56,645 bases of DNA from positions 1-56,645 of the IMG/VR virus record IMGVR_UViG_3300021354_000516. One strand, written 5' to 3'. The notes under the pieces were generated by a model. That model was not told where the DNA came from and did no database searches. It saw nothing but the letters and a program-made list of their open reading frames with translations. This DNA comes from a virus (lineage: Duplodnaviria; Caudoviricetes). Position 1 is the stretch's first letter; every line of letters begins with the position of its first letter. Position numbers and translations under genes: made by a program. This document shows, piece by piece, positions 28,887 through 38,342 of the stretch.

Positions 28887-29342
28887 ATGGCACTTGATAT
28901 CAAAAGAGAACTTTCAAATGTTGACCTTAGAAACTATAATTTCTATGATAATTTAACTCCAGAAGAAAAGAAAGAATTTAGTCCTTATGTACTAATGCGA
29001 TATGTTGCCAATGTCGATGGTAATAGAGATTTACAAGAATGGTTTTTAGAAAGAACAAATGAATTTGTTAATAAAGATCATTGGTCATTAAGTAAGAATC
29101 ATAAAGCATTACTTTGGAAATTATTTGCAGGAGTAGGTATTGGATCAAAGATGTATCATCCATATCTTAAAGCCGGATCAAAAGAAAAAGCAGTTAAGAT
29201 TGAAAAGTTATTAGCTGAGTTATATCCAGCAATGAAAATGTCAGATATTAAATTACAAGCTAAATTAATGACAAAAGCAGATAAAACTGAGTTATTTGAT
29301 AGCATGGGTTTTGATAAAAAGAAACGTAAAGAGTACGAATAA
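28887..29342 (+). CDS. hypothetical protein, possibly clamp-loader small subunit (gp62)-like
   Basis: FSPYVLMRY motif; replication context. Confidence 0.45.
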   Translation: MALDIKRELSNVDLRNYNFYDNLTPEEKKEFSPYVLMRYVANVDGNRDLQEWFLERTNEFVNKDHWSLSKNHKALLWKLFAGVGIGSKMYHPYLKAGSKEKAVKIEKLLAELYPAMKMSDIKLQAKLMTKADKTELFDSMGFDKKKRKEYE

Positions 29343-30037
29343 TGTTCAAACTAGAGGAACAACCTTTTAATTGCGTACATTGTGGCAAATCTTTTATGAA
29401 AGAACGCACACTTATATCGCATCTCTGTGAACAAAAGCGTCGTGCCTTACAAAAAGATGAAAAACGAGTTCAATGTGGATTCTTTGCATTTAATAGATTT
29501 TTTCAACTTACTCAAAATGCAAAGAAACTAAAAACATATGAAGAATTTTGTAAAACATCTTATTATAATGCGTTTGTAAAATTTGGAAGTTTTGTTAATA
29601 ATGTTAATCCTTTGTATCCAGAAAAATTTATCGACTATGTAATCAAAAGTGGAGTTAAATTAGATCACTGGTGCAGAGATGAGTTATATGAAAAGTATCT
29701 TTATGATATACTTAAAGTAGAACCAGTTGAAAGTGCTGTTCAACGTACTATCACAACTATGATGGATTGGGGTGATTCAAGTGGAGCACAGTGGTATCAT
29801 TATTTTAACTTTGCAAATTTTAATCGTGTTGTTCATGATATACGAAATGGAAAAATTAGTGCATGGGTAATGTTAAATTGTAAATCTGGAAAAACAATGT
29901 TATCAAATTTTAATGATGATCAATTAGGTTTAGTTGATCCTGCATTAGATATTGCATATTGGGTTAAACATTTTAAAGACAAACCTGCAGACGTTATTTT
30001 AGTCAAAGAAATCTGCAAAGAGAGCGGAATTGAATAA
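29342..30037 (+). CDS. zinc-finger protein
   Basis: CVHCGKSFMKERTLISHLC. Confidence 0.65.
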   Translation: MFKLEEQPFNCVHCGKSFMKERTLISHLCEQKRRALQKDEKRVQCGFFAFNRFFQLTQNAKKLKTYEEFCKTSYYNAFVKFGSFVNNVNPLYPEKFIDYVIKSGVKLDHWCRDELYEKYLYDILKVEPVESAVQRTITTMMDWGDSSGAQWYHYFNFANFNRVVHDIRNGKISAWVMLNCKSGKTMLSNFNDDQLGLVDPALDIAYWVKHFKDKPADVILVKEICKESGIE

Positions 30038-30353
30038 ACAACTTGAAAAAATTTGTAAATTGTTTGATGCGGTTGTAGAACCAAGTCAACGAAGACTTAG
30101 ACGTATTACAGAGTTAAATTATAATAATTTGTATGAACCTAATGAATTAACTTCGTCAATTTCTAATATACCTGACGTTGAAATGATTGCAATTCATATT
30201 CCAAAAGATAGGTTGAACTTATTTATAGAAGCATTTGATGAACAATCTATAAAAGAAATTACATTGCGAACGTCTGTACCTGCAATTGAAAAAGCATATA
30301 GGCAATATAAAACCTTAATTTATATGTGCAAAAGCACTGTTGAAAAATATTAA
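30030..30353 (+). CDS. hypothetical protein
   Basis: 107 aa, coupled to its neighbours. Confidence 0.55.
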   Translation: MNKQLEKICKLFDAVVEPSQRRLRRITELNYNNLYEPNELTSSISNIPDVEMIAIHIPKDRLNLFIEAFDEQSIKEITLRTSVPAIEKAYRQYKTLIYMCKSTVEKY

Positions 30354-30354
30354 A

Positions 30355-31212
30355 ATGAATAAACGTGAAATTTCAGTTTTTGGTGGAACAGGATTTATAG
30401 GAAGTAGATTCTGCGAGCTGTACAAAAACAATATTGTTAAAATTCCAAGGAATGAATTTAATCCAAAAACAAATGAATTATTATATTTTATAAGTACGAT
30501 TGACAATTATAATATTCACACAAATTTACATACAGATATTGATACAAATCTAACAGTATTAATGAATGTATTAGAAAAAATTAATAAAGAAAACCCAGAT
30601 ATAGTTTTTAATTTTGTTAGTTCTTGGTTTGTTTATGGACAAAATAAAGAAATTCCTTTTTCTGAAGAAACAACGGTTTGCAATCCAACAGGATTTTATT
30701 CTATAACAAAGCATTGTGCTGAACAATTATTGGTATGTTTTTGTCAAACATTTAATATCAAATATAGAATTTTTAGATTAGCAAACGTGTTAGGAGTTGG
30801 AGATAATAAAATCTCCAAAAAGAAAAATGCATTACAGTTTTTAGTTAAAGAAATTGTTAACAATAACGAAATACATTTATATCACAATGGTGAAGTTTTA
30901 CGAGATTATATACATGTTGATGATGTATGCGAGGCAATTAAAACCTGTATTGATAATGCACCATACAACCAAATCATTAATATAGGAAGCGGAAGACCAA
31001 CGAGATTTAGAGATTTAATCGATGATGCAGTCAAGTTAACAGATTCGAAATCAAAAATTAAAAATATCGAACCTACTAGATTTCATAATATTGTACAAGT
31101 TAGACATTCTTATTTAAACACTGAAAAATTAAAAAGCTATGGATTCATAGCAAAGCGTGATATGAAATCTGTGATAATCGAACTAATCGATTTTTATAAA
31201 AAGGAAAAATGA
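30355..31212 (+). CDS. NAD-dependent epimerase/dehydratase (extended SDR)
   Basis: GGTGFIG, SSWFVYG, YSITK, RDYIHVDD, INIGSG. Confidence 0.92.
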   Translation: MNKREISVFGGTGFIGSRFCELYKNNIVKIPRNEFNPKTNELLYFISTIDNYNIHTNLHTDIDTNLTVLMNVLEKINKENPDIVFNFVSSWFVYGQNKEIPFSEETTVCNPTGFYSITKHCAEQLLVCFCQTFNIKYRIFRLANVLGVGDNKISKKKNALQFLVKEIVNNNEIHLYHNGEVLRDYIHVDDVCEAIKTCIDNAPYNQIINIGSGRPTRFRDLIDDAVKLTDSKSKIKNIEPTRFHNIVQVRHSYLNTEKLKSYGFIAKRDMKSVIIELIDFYKKEK

Positions 31213-31260
31213 AACAAGATATTTCAAATTTACAATTCAAAGTAATCAGGCCTTTTTAAA

Positions 31261-31827
31261 ATGCCGGATATTGATTTAGATTTTCCTGACAGAACAGCAA
31301 TACTTGATATTATCAAGCACGTTCCTGCAAGTATGTCGAAAGGTAAGAAACATAATACCGGAGTTTATTGCCATTCTATTCCTGTCAATCCGCTAACAGG
31401 TCTTGCTAGTATTGATTATAAACAAGCAGAAGAACGTGGATATTTTAAAATTGATTTTTTAAATGTTTCAGCGTATAAAGATGTAAAAGACGAACATCAT
31501 ATTAAAGATTTACTCGCGGTTGAACCACTGTGGGAATTGATGTATGAAAAAGATGTATGCGATCAATTGTTTCATATCAACGGTTATCATACATTATTAG
31601 CAGAACTAAAACCAAAAACTATTTTAGAACTTGCAATGGTTTTGGCATTAATTAGACCAGGAAAGAAATATCTGTTACCTGTTTGTAGAGAAAAAGGGTT
31701 CGAAGCAATCGAAGATGAGATATGGACAAGAACAGATGAATATTACTTTAAAAAATCACATGCGGTAGGATATTCACATTTAATAGTAATGCAACTAAAC
31801 CTTCTATGTGAACAACTTAATTTTTAA
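31261..31827 (+). CDS. miniature DNA polymerase III alpha (DnaE-like) catalytic core
   Basis: PDIDLDF, KHNTGVY, YFKIDFL, ALIRPG, YYFKKSHAVGY. Confidence 0.8.
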   Translation: MPDIDLDFPDRTAILDIIKHVPASMSKGKKHNTGVYCHSIPVNPLTGLASIDYKQAEERGYFKIDFLNVSAYKDVKDEHHIKDLLAVEPLWELMYEKDVCDQLFHINGYHTLLAELKPKTILELAMVLALIRPGKKYLLPVCREKGFEAIEDEIWTRTDEYYFKKSHAVGYSHLIVMQLNLLCEQLNF

Positions 31828-32206
31828 GATTTTTAAGATTTTTAACAAGTTGTATTGATTTACGTTTTAAACGTTTTTCAGCAATTTCACTTAAATTTAC
31901 AGTAGGACCAAATACAATATTAACATCTTTACTATTAAAGGTTTTAATCATAGGACGAAATTCAATCATATCCTGTTTTAGAAATATATTAATCGGAATC
32001 TTTCTATTAGATTCCCACCACCATATTTCTCCTAGTTCTAAAAAACGATGTTTATCTTCATCTGCTTTTAGAATGCTAAAATCGTATATGCTTGTTACCT
32101 GTAAATCATAATTAATAATGATGCCGACGTATTCTTCATCAACACATTTGATGCAGGTTATGAATGGAAAATTTTGTTGAAATTCTATAGTTTTTGTTGA
32201 TCTCAT
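31817..32206 (-). CDS. hypothetical phage protein
   Basis: 129 aa; WWWESNRKIPINIFL. Confidence 0.7.
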   Translation of the reverse strand: MRSTKTIEFQQNFPFITCIKCVDEEYVGIIINYDLQVTSIYDFSILKADEDKHRFLELGEIWWWESNRKIPINIFLKQDMIEFRPMIKTFNSKDVNIVFGPTVNLSEIAEKRLKRKSIQLVKNLKNLKN

Positions 32207-32224
32207 TTATCGATAAATATTAGT

Positions 32225-33124
32225 ATGAATCATTTACCAGTTTATTTATACTCCAACACACTTAATGTAATATTTGATGTGGATCAAAGCAAAGGAATCA
32301 ACAAAATCATGTATCAGCGCAAACTAAAAATTCAAAAAGGGTTTAAAGACTCAATACAGATACAGTTTAAAAACTCTGATCAGAAGCCAATTTGGTTATC
32401 AACAACAACTAATTATTGGTTTGATATGATTGATTCAAGTGGACGTCAACTTGTTTTAAGTAAACCATTAAGGTTAGTCGATGATAGCGTTACTACATCA
32501 ACAAAAGGTCTAGCACTTGCAAGTTTTGATCCAATTGATACAATAAATGTAACAGCCGCAAGTTATAAATTTATTGTTAAACAAGATAACGGTGATGGTA
32601 CATTTACACCAGCATACTCAAATACATATTACGGTATTACAGGTGAAGTTGAAGTTGTTGAAGACGGGTTTCCTCTAGGGTTTCCAATTCAAACGGTTGA
32701 TATGAAACGATTAGAAACTGCAAAAGAATATGATAGAAATCCAAATAATCTAGGTTATTTCTTTACAAGTGATTGGTTACGTCCGACTGTACGTCCTACA
32801 ACTGTTCAAACTACATCAACTGCAATTATTTCATTAGCAAGTTTTGCCGGTGAAGTGCGAGTAGAAGGAACACTTGACAATAATCCAAGTGGTCAAGGAC
32901 ATGCAAATGCACAAGTTTTTACTCTTACAAATTATATATCAGCTACACCTGCGCAAGGAACTATTCAATTAACCTGGAATGGTGATTTTACAGCAGTACG
33001 TTTTAGAATACAACCAGCACGTAACGGATTAGGAACAAATTATTATCCAACAGGTTTCCCAATTGGATCAAATACTAATAAATTTCCGTCCGGATTCATT
33101 GACCAAATACAATATATCAGTTAA
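32225..33124 (+). CDS. late, probably structural beta-rich protein
   Basis: TAAATA-N5-ATG; 299 aa. Confidence 0.65.
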   Translation: MNHLPVYLYSNTLNVIFDVDQSKGINKIMYQRKLKIQKGFKDSIQIQFKNSDQKPIWLSTTTNYWFDMIDSSGRQLVLSKPLRLVDDSVTTSTKGLALASFDPIDTINVTAASYKFIVKQDNGDGTFTPAYSNTYYGITGEVEVVEDGFPLGFPIQTVDMKRLETAKEYDRNPNNLGYFFTSDWLRPTVRPTTVQTTSTAIISLASFAGEVRVEGTLDNNPSGQGHANAQVFTLTNYISATPAQGTIQLTWNGDFTAVRFRIQPARNGLGTNYYPTGFPIGSNTNKFPSGFIDQIQYIS

Positions 33125-33127
33125 AAT
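33099..33127 (+). promoter_or_regulatory. sigma70-type promoter for primase-helicase
   Basis: TTGACC-17-TAAAAT. Confidence 0.55.
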
Positions 33128-33164
33128 AAAAGAAAAGATAATAACAACTGGCAAGTAACAAGAA

Positions 33165-34166
33165 TTGACAAACTTAATAACTAATACCGTCCTCTCCTAT
33201 TGGAAAATGGGCAGAAAAACAAAACAAACTCCGACTGGGTGGATCTCTGGTAATGCGGTCTGTTGTCATCACCGAGGGGAAGCAACAGATAAACGCAAGA
33301 GAGGCGGGATATTAGTCACAAATGACGGGTTTAATTATTCATGTTTTAACTGCAATTTTAAAGCAGGTTGGGTGCCTGGAAAGTTGTTTAGTAAAAATAC
33401 ACGTAACTTTTTATCTTGGATAGGAATCAATGATAATGAAATTCAAAAGTTATCACTTGAAGCACTTAAACAAAAAGAAGATCAACCAAAACCAACTAAA
33501 GAATTAAATCTTGAATTAGAAACAAAATCATTACCTAATAGTTGTAAAACATTTAATGAATGGATAACTGAAGGATGTGAAGATCCTAAATTTTTAGAAG
33601 TTATCGGGTATGTACTTGAAAGAGGTATGGAGTTAGACTGGTTTGAATGGATGTGGGCAGATGAAAATGGTTTTAGAGATCGTATAATCATTCCATTTTT
33701 CCAAGATGAAAGAATAGTAGGATGGACGGGCCGAAAAATTGTTGATGGGAAACCAAAATACTTAACTACTACGCAACCGGGATATGTATTCAATATTGAT
33801 AGACAAACTGATGACAGAACTGTTGTTATTGTTGTTGAAGGGCAATTTGATGCAATTGCAGTTGATGGTTGTGCAATAATGCACAACGATCCAAACGAAG
33901 TTCAAATAATGCGTATCAATGCATTAGCAAGAGAAGTTATTGTTGTACCAGATCGAGATAAACCTGGTGCAAAAATGATAAAAACCGCAATGGAACAAAA
34001 TTGGTCTGTTAGCCTTCCTGAATGGGGAGATGGTATAAAGGATGTTGCAGATGCTGTAAAGAAATATGGAAGGGTTTATACACTTTTTACTATTTTAAAA
34101 TACAGAGTTAATGGTCAAATAAAGCTTAACTTACTAAGGAAAAAATTAGAAAATGTCAAAGAATGA
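33165..34166 (+). CDS. gp61: DNA primase (T4 gp61/DnaG-like)
   Basis: Zn finger CC..CFNC, RIIIPF, TOPRIM VEGQFDA, PDRD, KDVAD. Confidence 0.9.
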   Translation: MTNLITNTVLSYWKMGRKTKQTPTGWISGNAVCCHHRGEATDKRKRGGILVTNDGFNYSCFNCNFKAGWVPGKLFSKNTRNFLSWIGINDNEIQKLSLEALKQKEDQPKPTKELNLELETKSLPNSCKTFNEWITEGCEDPKFLEVIGYVLERGMELDWFEWMWADENGFRDRIIIPFFQDERIVGWTGRKIVDGKPKYLTTTQPGYVFNIDRQTDDRTVVIVVEGQFDAIAVDGCAIMHNDPNEVQIMRINALAREVIVVPDRDKPGAKMIKTAMEQNWSVSLPEWGDGIKDVADAVKKYGRVYTLFTILKYRVNGQIKLNLLRKKLENVKE

Positions 34167-35595
34167 TATCCAATTACCGAATTATAGTTACGACATTCAA
34201 AAGCTTTATCTTGAAATGTTTATGAGTGATGCTGTAACATTTATAAGATGTCAAAACATATTTGATCCTGAGAATTTTGATAGAAAACTTCAAGAGGCTG
34301 CAACTTTCATTACTGATTATGTTAATGAATATAAAGTAATGCCAGAAGCAATTATTGTTAATGCAAGTTGTGATACCGAGTTAAATCCAGTTGCATTACC
34401 TGAAGAAAACTATTCTTGGTTAATGAATGAATTTGAACAATTTAGTCGACATAAAGGATTAGAAAGAGCTATTATTAAATCATCTGATCTCCTTGAACAA
34501 GGAAACTATGGACCAGTTGAAAAGTTAATCAAAGATGCAATTCAAATATCTTTAAACAAAGATATGGGTACAGATTATTTTGAAAATCCTAGAGGACGAC
34601 TTGAACTACTAAAGAATAGTAATGGACAAATTAGTACAGGTTGGCCAAGCGTTGATAAGAAATTATACGGTGGTTTTAATAGAGGTGAACTCAATATTTG
34701 GTGTGCGGCATCAGGTGGTGGTAAAAGTTTATTCTTAGCAAATTTAGGGTGTAACTGGGCATTGGCAGGATTAAATGTTTTATACTTAACATTTGAGTTA
34801 AGTGAGAATCTAGTTGCAATGCGTATGGATAGTATGTTAACTGATATTCCAACACGTGATATATTTCGTAATTTAGATGATGTCGAACTTAAAGTTAAAA
34901 TGATGGGAAAACAAGCAGGAAGTGTACAAATTAAGTATATGCCTTCGGGAAAAACTGCAAACGATTTACGAGCCTATTTGAAAGAATATCAGGTCAAAAA
35001 AGGCTTCAAACCAGACATTTTATTAATAGATTACCTCGATTTGATGATGCCGATGAGTATCAAGGTAAGTCCTAGTGATTTGTTTGTAAAGGATAAATAT
35101 GTTAGCGAGGAATTAAGAAATCTCGCAATGGAAACCCAAGCAATTGTTGTTACAGCAAGTCAGTTAAATCGATCAGCGGTTGAAGAAATCGAGTTTGATC
35201 ATAGTCATATTTCAGGTGGCTTATCAAAGATTCAAACTGCTGATAATGTAATAGGTATTTTTACAAGTCGTGCAATGAAAGAACGAGGACGTTATCAAAT
35301 ACAATTTATGAAAACACGGTCAAGTAGTGGTGTAGGACAAAAAGTTGATTTAGAATTTGATCTAGATAGTTTGCGTATTAAAGATTTAGGTGAAGATGAA
35401 GGATATAGCAGTGCTCCTAAACCGAGTATATATGAAGGATTAAAGAAAACTTCGACTGTTGTTGATCAAGGAACAGGTGAAATTATTAGAGGAAGTGATC
35501 CGACTGCAGGAATTAATGTGGGTAAAGTCAAAGGTGTTACACAAAGTAGTAAGATAAGAGAAATGCTTAGTAATTTAAACGCAGAAAAAGATTAA
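34153..35595 (+). CDS. gp41: replicative DnaB-like helicase
   Basis: ASGGGKS, TFELSE, IDYLDLM, TASQLNR, MKTR. Confidence 0.93.
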   Translation: MSKNDIQLPNYSYDIQKLYLEMFMSDAVTFIRCQNIFDPENFDRKLQEAATFITDYVNEYKVMPEAIIVNASCDTELNPVALPEENYSWLMNEFEQFSRHKGLERAIIKSSDLLEQGNYGPVEKLIKDAIQISLNKDMGTDYFENPRGRLELLKNSNGQISTGWPSVDKKLYGGFNRGELNIWCAASGGGKSLFLANLGCNWALAGLNVLYLTFELSENLVAMRMDSMLTDIPTRDIFRNLDDVELKVKMMGKQAGSVQIKYMPSGKTANDLRAYLKEYQVKKGFKPDILLIDYLDLMMPMSIKVSPSDLFVKDKYVSEELRNLAMETQAIVVTASQLNRSAVEEIEFDHSHISGGLSKIQTADNVIGIFTSRAMKERGRYQIQFMKTRSSSGVGQKVDLEFDLDSLRIKDLGEDEGYSSAPKPSIYEGLKKTSTVVDQGTGEIIRGSDPTAGINVGKVKGVTQSSKIREMLSNLNAEKD

Positions 35596-35596
35596 A

Positions 35597-37063
35597 ATGG
35601 ATGAACGTCAATATATTTTAAATTTATGGAACGAGTCTCCTAGAGTAGCAACTCATATTCTAAAGAGCAAAAATCCCAAATTATACTATCAAATTGATCA
35701 AATTGAAGGTAACTCTTTTTCAGAAAAAGCATGGAAATGGGTATATTCTAGAAATAATAGTTGTCTCGAATGCGGGTGTCCTACTAAATTTTTAGATTTT
35801 CGTCGAGGTTTTGCAATATATTGTAGTAGAAAATGTGTTGCAAATAATCAAACTATAAGTATTAAAAAAACAAAAACAAATCAAGAAAAATACGGAGTTG
35901 ACCATTTTTCAAAAACTGATCAGTATAAAGAACAGTTTAAAACAACTATTTTTGAAAAATATGGAGTTGAAAATCCCGGTCAAATATTAGAATTAAAACA
36001 GAAAAGAGCAAGGCAAAAACAATTAACATTCTTTAATAATATTATTGATAAAATTAAAGAATTTTCTATACCAAATTTTACATTTGACAATTATACAGAA
36101 GTTCGAGATTCACAATTATCTTGGACTTGTAAACTATGCAATGTTTCGTTTAATTCGAATATTTTTGGAAGATTACCAAAATGTACAACATGTTTTCCGA
36201 TTGGAAATTTTGGGGGTCAAAGCAGTATTGAAAAAGATATTTTAGAACATATTAGACAATTTTATAACGGGATTATTATTGAAAATTCAAGAGAAATTAT
36301 TTCTCCAAAAGAACTCGATTTATATTTTCCTAATGAAAAATTTGCAATTGAAATAAATGGAGTTTATTGGCACAGCGATAAACATCTAAGCAACACATAT
36401 CATTATGAAAAATTTAAATTATGCAACGATTCTCAGATAACTTTGTTAATGATAACCGATGAAGAATGGACTCGTAATAAAGAATTAATATTATCAATGA
36501 TAAAACATAGATTAGGTATTAGTAAAAATAAAATTTTTGGAAGAAAATGCAAATTAAAGGAAATTAATAATAAACTTGCACATCAATTTTTAGAAAAATA
36601 CCATATTAACGGATATTGCAAATCATCAGGACATTTAGGTTTATATTTTAATGAGCAATTAGTTTCAGTTTTTTCATATTCAACAAAAAATAGATTTAAA
36701 AAAGAAAATAACGAAATTGAAATTATTCGATTAGCGTTTTCTTCCTCAGTAATTGGCGGATTAGGAAAATTTATTTCGTTTATCAAACAATCATACCCGG
36801 GAAAAAAAATTATAACTTTTGCTGATTTAAGATATGGTGAAGGGAAAGTCTATGAAAAAAATAATTTTAAATTTATAAAAACAACCCCACCAGGATATTG
36901 GTATTTCTTAAATGGTCAAATGTATCATAGATTGTCGTGGCAAAAGAAAAACCTTGTTTCATTAGGTTATTCCAAAGATAAAACTGAAAAAGAAATAATG
37001 AATGAGTTAGGTGCCATAAGAATTTACGATTGTGGACATAATTATTTTGAATTAGGTGATTAA
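35597..37063 (+). CDS. Hef-like homing endonuclease (Vsr-like nuclease plus C-terminal domain)
   Basis: KYGVDH/KYGVENP repeats, ELDLYFP..AIEINGVYWHS, TFADLRYG, RIYDCG. Confidence 0.8.
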   Translation: MDERQYILNLWNESPRVATHILKSKNPKLYYQIDQIEGNSFSEKAWKWVYSRNNSCLECGCPTKFLDFRRGFAIYCSRKCVANNQTISIKKTKTNQEKYGVDHFSKTDQYKEQFKTTIFEKYGVENPGQILELKQKRARQKQLTFFNNIIDKIKEFSIPNFTFDNYTEVRDSQLSWTCKLCNVSFNSNIFGRLPKCTTCFPIGNFGGQSSIEKDILEHIRQFYNGIIIENSREIISPKELDLYFPNEKFAIEINGVYWHSDKHLSNTYHYEKFKLCNDSQITLLMITDEEWTRNKELILSMIKHRLGISKNKIFGRKCKLKEINNKLAHQFLEKYHINGYCKSSGHLGLYFNEQLVSVFSYSTKNRFKKENNEIEIIRLAFSSSVIGGLGKFISFIKQSYPGKKIITFADLRYGEGKVYEKNNFKFIKTTPPGYWYFLNGQMYHRLSWQKKNLVSLGYSKDKTEKEIMNELGAIRIYDCGHNYFELGD

Positions 37064-37620
37064 AATAATGTTGAAATTTTTTGACTAACGCATTCGTTTA
37101 TCGCCCGTTGCCACTGTTCATCTCCGCTTCCGGATAAACAAAGTTCTAAAGTTGCATCAGTTGTAAGCCATTGATGGTCTAGTGTCCAAGGAGAAATTCC
37201 ACTTTGTTCTCCATCTAATTGGCCTGCTGACCAAACTGCTAAACCTACGCCAGCTCTATACATTAATGGCCCGTTACCTTGACTAATTGCAGCTAATACA
37301 CCAATATCTCCAGTAATGCCTATATCCTTGGTTATTTTTAATGTATTTTTACTAAACCAATCTAAGGTATGAATTACTTGAACTCTAGTTGATTCAACAG
37401 GTCCTCCGATATAAGTTTCTTCATTTTCATAGTATTCGATACCTGCAGCTTTCATTATTGCCCGCATATCAATTGATTTTGCCGGACGATTAACAATCAC
37501 GCCCCATGCTCCGCTATAATCGTGTTGTGCTACAATTACACATGACTTTGAAAAAGGTCCTTTTTGAATAATCGGTTGTGCAACTAAAAGTTTTCCTGTT
37601 AAATATTCGTTTGTACTCAT
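37060..37620 (-). CDS. yqgE: YqgE/AlgH (DUF179) family protein
   Basis: LTGKLLVAQP, GAWGVIVNRP, YIGGPV, WSAGQLDGE. Confidence 0.88.
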   Translation of the reverse strand: MSTNEYLTGKLLVAQPIIQKGPFSKSCVIVAQHDYSGAWGVIVNRPAKSIDMRAIMKAAGIEYYENEETYIGGPVESTRVQVIHTLDWFSKNTLKITKDIGITGDIGVLAAISQGNGPLMYRAGVGLAVWSAGQLDGEQSGISPWTLDHQWLTTDATLELCLSGSGDEQWQRAINECVSQKISTLF

Positions 37621-37625
37621 CATAT

Positions 37626-37642
37626 TATTTAACATATAAATA
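37626..37642. promoter_or_regulatory. back-to-back late promoters
   Basis: TATTTA-acata-TAAATA between the yqgE and nucleotidyltransferase genes. Confidence 0.7.
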
Positions 37643-37649
37643 ACATACT

Positions 37650-38342
37650 ATGAATCATTTTGAACAACCATCACCAATACATCAAACTCTTAATCCTGTT
37701 TTATGGAAAAATAATCATCTTAAAAAACAAGTAGAAATCGCACTTCTTAAAATTGCAAAAGCATATTGGGAATTTTTAGGAATAGATACAAAAATTAATG
37801 ATATTATTGTTTCAGGAAGTCAAGCAAACTTTAACTACAGCAAATATAGTGATATTGATTTACACCTTATTGTAGATTATAATACTGTACAATGTGATCT
37901 TGCTGTAGATGAACTGTTTAAAACAAAAAGAGATTTATGGCGAGAAGAGCATGATATTGATATTTACGGTATTCCTGTTGAAGTTTATGTAGAAGACTTA
38001 AATAAGCCAGCCATAAGTTCTACCTATAGTATTCTTAAAGAAAAGTGGCTCAAACCGCCTCAAAAGATTGAAAAAACGCCTAATTTTGAACGAATTGAGC
38101 GTCTTTGTAAAGCTTGGATGATTTTGATTACAACACGCCTTGCAACACAAGAATTAGACCAAATAGAACAGGTTAAAACGATGTTATGGACTTATCGTAA
38201 ACAAGGTCTTGCTATTGAAGGTGAAATGGGTGTTCCGAATCTTGTGTTTAAAACATTAAGAAACAGCGGTGTGACTGAAATGCTTTTAAAAGCAGTCAGT
38301 ACACTCCGTGATCGTAATTTAAGTTTAGAAGATTTTAGCTAG
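37650..38342 (+). CDS. Pol-beta superfamily nucleotidyltransferase
   Basis: GSQANFNYSKYSDIDLH and PVEVYVE. Confidence 0.8.
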   Translation: MNHFEQPSPIHQTLNPVLWKNNHLKKQVEIALLKIAKAYWEFLGIDTKINDIIVSGSQANFNYSKYSDIDLHLIVDYNTVQCDLAVDELFKTKRDLWREEHDIDIYGIPVEVYVEDLNKPAISSTYSILKEKWLKPPQKIEKTPNFERIERLCKAWMILITTRLATQELDQIEQVKTMLWTYRKQGLAIEGEMGVPNLVFKTLRNSGVTEMLLKAVSTLRDRNLSLEDFS

